Source of the DNA: Myxococcota bacterium
Lineage (GTDB): Bacteria; Myxococcota_A; Polyangia; Nannocystales; Nannocystaceae
Direction of reading: 5' to 3'
DNA length: 64,000 nucleotides
Assembly (NCBI GenBank): GCA_039194325.1
Contig: JBCCWC010000004.1
Location: forward strand, 160,001-224,000
A model generated the notes under the pieces. That model did not search any database. It had not been told where the DNA came from and was given only the letters and a program-made list of their open reading frames with translations. Each line of letters opens with the position of its first letter. Within the stretch, counting starts at the first letter, position 1. This document shows, in pieces, positions 58,525 to 64,000 of the stretch. Both the position numbers and the translations under genes were made by a program.

Positions 58525-58896
58525 ATGCATCACGCGACGATCCACGCATACGATGACCCGAAGCTCCAGCCAGTCCGGGATCTGCTCTCGGAATTCGAGC
58601 AGACCGAGTCGGCCACCTCCCCCGAGCAGCGGCGGCAGGTCGTCGCGAGGGCGCGACAGTGGGGTCTGGGACGAACCCCCCAAGCCCCGACGTCGATCTC
58701 CCCCGCACTCCAAGGCTACGCGGACAAGTGCGCCCGCTTTGCCTACAAGGTGACCGACGAGGAGGTCGACGCGCTCAAGGCCACGGGCACCACGGAGACA
58801 GCGCTCATCGAGATAACCCTGGCCGCCAGCCTCGGGGTCAGCCTCGCTCGTCTCGAGCAAGGCCTGATGTTGCTCGGATCGGAGGACGAGCAATGA
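58525..58896 (+). CDS. small AhpD/CMD-like protein without the CxxC motif
   Basis: 'YADKCARFAYKVTDEEVDALKATG.TETALIEITLAA' resembles AhpD-like C-terminal helices; ATGA overlap with the next gene. Confidence 0.75.
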   Translation: MHHATIHAYDDPKLQPVRDLLSEFEQTESATSPEQRRQVVARARQWGLGRTPQAPTSISPALQGYADKCARFAYKVTDEEVDALKATGTTETALIEITLAASLGVSLARLEQGLMLLGSEDEQ

Positions 58897-59540
58897 GCCC
58901 GAACCCCTCACCCGATCTCACTGGCACGCAAGACCAACAGCCCCGCCTCGAGCTGTTTCGCAACACCCGCGGGATGACCTGGAGGCAAAAGCTACCCCTG
59001 CTCCCCATTCGAGTCCTCGGCGGTCGCTATCCCGGCCCACAGCTGGTCCTGATCCGTAGCGCCGCCCTGCTGGGTAAACGGTTCGTTCAGGCCCTGCAGG
59101 TGGCCATGCGGGAGTCCGACTACTGGAGCAAGGAAGAGCTGGAGCTGTTTGCGGCGTTCACCGCCAACCAGCTCCAGTGCGCCTATTGACAGGGTTCTCA
59201 CGCTGCAGTTGCAGCGTTGGGACTCGGCGCCGAGGTCGTCGAGGCGGTGATGGACGACTGGCGCACGGCCCCGGTCTCCCCGCGGGTCCGGGCCGTGCTG
59301 GAATTCTTGACCGTCTTCGTGCCTCCCCACCAGACCTTCGGGGCGGACGACATCGCCAAGCTGCGCGACGCCGGGCTCTCGACCGCGGCGATCCGCGACG
59401 CGATGTACGCCAGCTGGTGTTTTCAGAACCTGAGCCGGTGGATGGACGCCTTCGGCTTTCCTCCCCACACTCCCCGGCTCAAGCGACTCGCTGCCCGCGG
59501 AATATGGATGGCCAGCTATAGCGCGATCCGAGTCGACTGA
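58893..59540 (+). CDS. AhpD/carboxymuconolactone-decarboxylase-family selenoprotein (CxxU; Sec = codon 99, TGA 59187-59189; 215 aa)
   Basis: Reads ...WSKEELELFAAFTANQLQ-C-A-Y-[TGA]-QGSHAAVA...DDWRTAPVSPRVRAVLEF... in frame across the TGA, matching AhpD CxxCxxxH. A SECIS-like hairpin follows. Confidence 0.85.
59192..59225 (+). promoter_or_regulatory. candidate bacterial SECIS element
   Basis: UCUC-ACGCUGC [AGUU] GCAGCGU-U-GGGA. The 4-nt loop starts 18 nt after the UGA and has G at position 2 followed by U. Confidence 0.75.
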
Positions 59541-59624
59541 TCCACGACTCGGGACCAAAGCGCCGCCGCTGGGGAACCTTCGCCGGGATCCGGTGTCCCA
59601 GCGGCAACCCGAGGAGTAGGTGCC

Positions 59625-62600
59625 ATGCGTGCGAGGCCGGGAGCGTCCCTTCTGTGGCTCTTGGGCTGCGTAAGCTGCGTGTTATGGATGATCGGCTGTT
59701 CCGAGCCCGTCACCGAGATCGTAGCCGAGCAGCCCCAAGAAACGAACAGCAATGCACTGGCGGCCCAGGCCGTGCACCACCCGCGCCGGACGATAAAGCC
59801 GGTGCTCGCGTGGCGGCACGACCCCTCGCCCACCGTGCCGATGGCGCTCACCGCCAGCGACGGCACAGGGCTCGACCTGGTCTCGATGAAGGCGCGGGTG
59901 ATCATCGAGGATCCGTTGGCGTTCACCGAGCTCCACCTCACGTTCGACAACCCCGAGAATCGCCGCCGCGAGGGCCGCTTCGAGATCGAGCTGCCCCCCG
60001 GGGCGGCGCTCTCGCGCCTGGCCATGAAGATCCAGGGCCATTTTCAGGAGGGCGAAGTGGTCGAGCGACAGCGAGCACGCCGCACCTTCGAGGGCTTCAT
60101 GCACGAGCGCCCCAACGTGGATCCGGCCTTGCTCGAAAACGACACGGCCAATCGCGTACGCGCCCGGGTGTTCCCGATCCTGCCACGCGAGCGCAAGGAG
60201 ATCATGGTCTCGTTCTCCCAAGAGCTGGGCTCGGCGCCCTACCGGCTGCCCCTCCAGGGGCTTTCGACGGTGGAGGACTTCGACGTCCGCGTGGTGGTCA
60301 AGACCCACGACCCGACCCAGGACCACAGCTCGCTGTCCGGCATGCAGTCGGCCCAGCGGGTGGTCGAGCTGCGACGCACCCGCTTCACGCCAGACAAGGA
60401 TCTGGTGGTAGAGCTCGACGGGGCAGGCCCCGCCGCGGGACTGCACGCGGGAGATCTGGCGGTGGTGCGCGTGCGCCCCGACGCCGAGCGCCCGGCCACC
60501 CGACCCGACTCGCTGCTGGTGCTCGTGGATACGAGCGCCTCCTCGGCCGCCGGCTTCGAGGACCGTATCGACCGGCTCGGTGCGGTCATGCAGCAGCTCG
60601 CGACCGACCGTGACTTCCCCGTCCGAGTGCTCGGCTTCGATCAAGTGCAGCACCCGGTGTTCGAGGGCATGGCCTCGCAGCTGGGGGTTGATGCCTTGGC
60701 CGACCTGGTCGAGGGCCGAGCCCTGGGGGCCTCCGATCTCGGAGCCGCCCTCGCTCAGATCGCCCGGGCCCCGCAAGCCTCCCAGACCAACGGTCGCTGG
60801 GATCGGATCCTGCTGGTCTCCGACGGCATCGCCACCGCCGGGATCACCGAGCGGAGCGCCCTTCGTGCCGCGGTCCGCGAGCTCGAGGCGGCCGGCGTGC
60901 GTCGACTCGATGCGCTGGCCCCCGGTGCCCGCCAAGATCGCGAGCGCCTGGCCGACCTGATCTCGGCCCTGCCCGAGCCCGGGGTGATCGTCGACGATGG
61001 ATCGGCGCCCGACGTGATCGCCAGCGCCCTGACCCAGGCTCCCTTCGGCGACGTGGCGCTGACCGTGCCGGGAGCCTCGTGGAGCTGGCCCGCGTCGTTG
61101 GAGGGGATCGGGCCCGGCCAGGACGTGCTGGTGTTCGCTCACTACGAGGGCACCCGCCCGTCCGCGATGCGCGTGGAGTTCTCCGATCCTTCGTTGCCCG
61201 CCCAGGAGATCGAGACCCTCGAGGTCGAGCGACCGCTGGTCGAGCGCGCCTGGGCCCGGACCCGCATCGCTCGGCTCCAGCACCAGCTGGCTCGGCTCCC
61301 CGCCGGCCCCAGCCCATCACGCGCGGCCATGCTCGCGCGGGTCGTGGCGCTGTCCACCCACTACCGGGTGCTCACCGATCTCACCGCGCTGCTCGTGCTG
61401 GAGACCGAGGCCGACTATCGACGCTACGGGATCAGCCGCCGCGGCAAGGCCGACATCCTCACCGTGGACGGAGGCAGCGTGCGCGTGCACCGACGCTCCG
61501 ACCGCGCGCCGGTGCCCATACCGGTCGAGGACGATCTGGCGGGGACGCAGCTGGCCGCGGTCGATCCCGACGCCAACGACGCGATCCCCCAGATGGCCCG
61601 CGAGTTCGACCCGGAGACCGCGGCGGACAACGAGGGGATCTTGGAGTTGATCCAATCAGAGTCCGGACACTTCCTTGCCTCTCCCCTCGGGGCCGCCTTT
61701 GCGGTCGGCAACGACGACGAGGACGTCTGGGGCGGCCCGAGCGAGGGCACGATCGGCCTGGGCAACACCGGCCTCATCGGTAAGGGCGGAGGCGGTGGTA
61801 CGGGGACCGGATACGGAGCCCCCTCCGACGACGCCGTGTGGGGCTCGCTCCACGGCACCGAGGTGGGCGAGGCCTTCGGCGTCGGCGGCCTGGGCCTGGT
61901 GGGCACCGGTCGTGGCGGCGGCGGCACAGGCGAGGGCATGATCGGCCTGGGTAACACCGGCGTGGGCCTGGGTAGCACCGGCGTCGACCCAGGTGTCACT
62001 GGCCTGCTCGGTCCCATGGGAACGGTAACGGGAACGGGAACGGGAACGGACTCGGGAATGGGCTCGGGTTATGGTCGAGGCTCGGGCGCAGGCTTCGGCG
62101 GCCGGGGTCGACGGGTTCCCCGGGTGCGCCAGGCCAAGGCCCAGGTCATGGGTGCGCTGGACCGCGATATCGTTCGGCGCATCGTTCGGGCCCACATCAA
62201 CGAGGTTCGTCACTGCTACAACCAGGGCCTGAGCCGCGATCCCAACCTGCGAGGCCGCGTGCTCCTGGTCTTCAGCATCGATCCTTCGGGCCGGGTGCTC
62301 GAGTCCCAGGTCGAGGAGTCCTCCTCGCTGCCCAGCGACCCGGTCAAGAGCTGCATCGCCAAGGCCGTACGGCGCTGGCGGTTCCCCACCCCCACCGGCG
62401 GCGGCACCGTGCAGGTGAAGATGCCCTTTGTCATGGACCACGGGGGCAGCAGCGCATGGTCCAGCCCGTCGATGGGCAGGACTCCCCGACGCACCGTCCG
62501 TCGCCGGCGCCCCCGACCGGTCCGAGCGGCTCACACGGGTCGATTTGCCGAGGTCCAGCGCCTGCTGGCCGCCAACGAGGTCGACGCCGCGTACGACCTG

Positions 62601-63455
62601 GCCTGGAGCTGGGTGCAGACCCAGCCCGACGACGTCCTTGGCCTGCTGGCCCTGGGCGACTCGCTGGAGCGACGCCACCGCCCGACCCTGGCGGCGCGGG
62701 TCTATGGGTCACTCATCGATCTACACCCCTCGCGGGCCGACATCCGCCGAGCCGCCGGTCAGCGCCTGGAGCGACTGGGCGATCCCGGCCTGGTCCTGGC
62801 GATCGATACCTACGCCAAGGCGGTAGCGTCCCGGCCCGATCACCCCTCTGGCGCGCGCCTGCACGCCTGGGCGCTGGTCAAGCAGGGCGATCATCGGGCC
62901 GCGTTCGACGTCCTCGATGCAGCGCTCCGGCGCCGCTATCCCGCGGGTCGCTTCGCCGGGGTCAAGACCTTGATGCGTCAGGATCTCTCACTCGTCGCGG
63001 CGGCCTGGCTGGCCAAGCACAGCGGCGATGCCCTCGTACAAGCCCAAGCCCACGTCCGAGCGGCCGGAGTACGACCCGACACGGAGGCGTCCACCCGCTT
63101 CGTGGTGACTTGGGAGACCGACACCACCGATGTGGATGTGCTGCTGCACACCGTCGGCTCGCGCCGCAGCCTTCACAGCCGTCATAATCACGGCCGGCGC
63201 ATCGCCGATGTGCGCACGGGCTATGGTCCCGAGGCCCGCGTGCTGCGAGGCGAGCAGATCCCCCCGGCGCTCCATGCCTCGGTCCGCTACTTCGACCGCA
63301 GCAGCCAGGGCCACGCCATGGGCACGGTGCACGTTGTCGCTCATGACGGGCGAGGCCACCTGAGCATCCAAGCGCGCCCCTTCGTGCTGATGCAGCAGCG
63401 GGGCGTCCTCGACCTCGGTTCGATCGCGACCGGAGTCGATCTCGACGCGGCCTGA
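59625..63455 (+). CDS. lipoprotein: VIT - vWA - Gly-rich - AgmX/PglI (TonB-C-like) - TPR - YfaP-like
   Basis: Lipobox MIGC; VIT 'LAFTELHLTFDNPE..EGRF..DPALLE'; MIDAS DTSAS and SDG; 'IVRAHINEVRHCYNQGL..WRFP'; 'VTWETDTTDVD..GYGPE'. Confidence 0.88.
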   Translation: MRARPGASLLWLLGCVSCVLWMIGCSEPVTEIVAEQPQETNSNALAAQAVHHPRRTIKPVLAWRHDPSPTVPMALTASDGTGLDLVSMKARVIIEDPLAFTELHLTFDNPENRRREGRFEIELPPGAALSRLAMKIQGHFQEGEVVERQRARRTFEGFMHERPNVDPALLENDTANRVRARVFPILPRERKEIMVSFSQELGSAPYRLPLQGLSTVEDFDVRVVVKTHDPTQDHSSLSGMQSAQRVVELRRTRFTPDKDLVVELDGAGPAAGLHAGDLAVVRVRPDAERPATRPDSLLVLVDTSASSAAGFEDRIDRLGAVMQQLATDRDFPVRVLGFDQVQHPVFEGMASQLGVDALADLVEGRALGASDLGAALAQIARAPQASQTNGRWDRILLVSDGIATAGITERSALRAAVRELEAAGVRRLDALAPGARQDRERLADLISALPEPGVIVDDGSAPDVIASALTQAPFGDVALTVPGASWSWPASLEGIGPGQDVLVFAHYEGTRPSAMRVEFSDPSLPAQEIETLEVERPLVERAWARTRIARLQHQLARLPAGPSPSRAAMLARVVALSTHYRVLTDLTALLVLETEADYRRYGISRRGKADILTVDGGSVRVHRRSDRAPVPIPVEDDLAGTQLAAVDPDANDAIPQMAREFDPETAADNEGILELIQSESGHFLASPLGAAFAVGNDDEDVWGGPSEGTIGLGNTGLIGKGGGGGTGTGYGAPSDDAVWGSLHGTEVGEAFGVGGLGLVGTGRGGGGTGEGMIGLGNTGVGLGSTGVDPGVTGLLGPMGTVTGTGTGTDSGMGSGYGRGSGAGFGGRGRRVPRVRQAKAQVMGALDRDIVRRIVRAHINEVRHCYNQGLSRDPNLRGRVLLVFSIDPSGRVLESQVEESSSLPSDPVKSCIAKAVRRWRFPTPTGGGTVQVKMPFVMDHGGSSAWSSPSMGRTPRRTVRRRRPRPVRAAHTGRFAEVQRLLAANEVDAAYDLAWSWVQTQPDDVLGLLALGDSLERRHRPTLAARVYGSLIDLHPSRADIRRAAGQRLERLGDPGLVLAIDTYAKAVASRPDHPSGARLHAWALVKQGDHRAAFDVLDAALRRRYPAGRFAGVKTLMRQDLSLVAAAWLAKHSGDALVQAQAHVRAAGVRPDTEASTRFVVTWETDTTDVDVLLHTVGSRRSLHSRHNHGRRIADVRTGYGPEARVLRGEQIPPALHASVRYFDRSSQGHAMGTVHVVAHDGRGHLSIQARPFVLMQQRGVLDLGSIATGVDLDAA

Positions 63456-63487
63456 GCCCGACCCGGCGGCCAAGCGCTCGGGCTCAG
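63452..63487. terminator. 10-bp inverted repeat between convergent genes (possible terminator hairpin)
   Basis: CTGAGCCCGA ... TCGGGCTCAG; no U-tract. Confidence 0.4.
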
Positions 63488-63587
63488 TCATATGCCCGCG
63501 CTCCGTCGGGCTCCGACGAAGGACCGGCCGGTCGTCATCGCTCGGGCACCAGTACCTCGTGCCGGAACGAACCTTCGGCGCGGAGTA

Positions 63588-64000
63588 CTACCCGGAGCCG
63601 AGCATCTCCAGCACCATGCGCTCGCACCGACGATACGCGTCGTAGAGGCCCCCCCGATCGCTTCGGAAGATGTGGGGTTCATCGGTGAGGGCCAAGCGCG
63701 GATGATAAGGGACGCGAACGCTCGGTTCGATCGGCTCTCCCCAGGCCTCGGAGAGGCGCCGCGAGGCCACCGCCTCCCGCTCGTCGACGAGGTCGTCTTC
63801 GCCTTGGGGTACCGGACTCACCACGACACGCACATCGTGAGGGCAGGTGCCCGAGGCTCGCAGTGCTCGGAAGAAATTGGCCGTTCCCTCCACGTTCTGC
63901 CGATTGAGCCCCATCACCACGACCAAGTGGTCACCAAGGTCGCGGGTGCACACCCCCGACTCGTCCGAGAACCCCGTGCGACTGTCGATGAGCACCAGAT
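63588..64000 (-). CDS. 3' part of a ParA/MinD-like (KGGVGR-variant) ATPase entering from the window edge
   Basis: 'VLIDSRTGFSDESGVCT..GLNRQNVEG..VVSPVP..PYHP' pattern. Confidence 0.75.
   Translation of the reverse strand, partial: LVLIDSRTGFSDESGVCTRDLGDHLVVVMGLNRQNVEGTANFFRALRASGTCPHDVRVVVSPVPQGEDDLVDEREAVASRRLSEAWGEPIEPSVRVPYHPRLALTDEPHIFRSDRGGLYDAYRRCERMVLEMLGSG

Noticed and set aside
58659..59540. ORF-track entries 58659-59189 and 59217-59540 as two genes, or as a pseudogene
   Set aside because: They are in the same frame, the TGA falls at the catalytic Cys position, and a SECIS-like hairpin follows. One readthrough gene from ATG 58893 explains this better.

Overview
This is a GC-rich bacterial chromosome segment with the hallmarks of a myxobacterium, probably Nannocystaceae-like (inferred from Ser/Thr kinases, STAS/SEC14 proteins, an AgmX/PglI-VIT lipoprotein and Ser/Thr/Cys-rich lipoproteins). 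Housekeeping genes include sppA, rsmH-ftsL-ftsI, ribA, purK-purE, an acyl-CoA dehydrogenase, tal-pgi, glk, lysA and a SWIM-SNF2 helicase. Five accessory loci stand out. (1) An AhpD/CMD-family gene that the ORF track splits in two reads through an in-frame TGA in a CxxU motif, followed by a SECIS-like hairpin. It lies in a two-gene operon with a sigma54 -24/-12 promoter, three candidate enhancer sites and a divergent sigma54 activator. (2) A coupled pair of Hsp90/GHKL-like genes: one intact ATPase carrying a membrane-flanked transglutaminase-like domain, and one degenerate partner. (3) A mirror-symmetric locus of terpene synthase, two STAS paralogs and a degenerate terpene-synthase-like gene. 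(4) A Septu-like ABC-ATPase plus HNH pair. (5) An N-formylglutamate amidohydrolase-like lipoprotein with an inserted discoidin domain. Several further pseudo-enzymes and tandem repeats derived from gene ends are present. No rRNA, tRNA or CRISPR array was seen. All family calls come from motif recognition by eye, not database searches.
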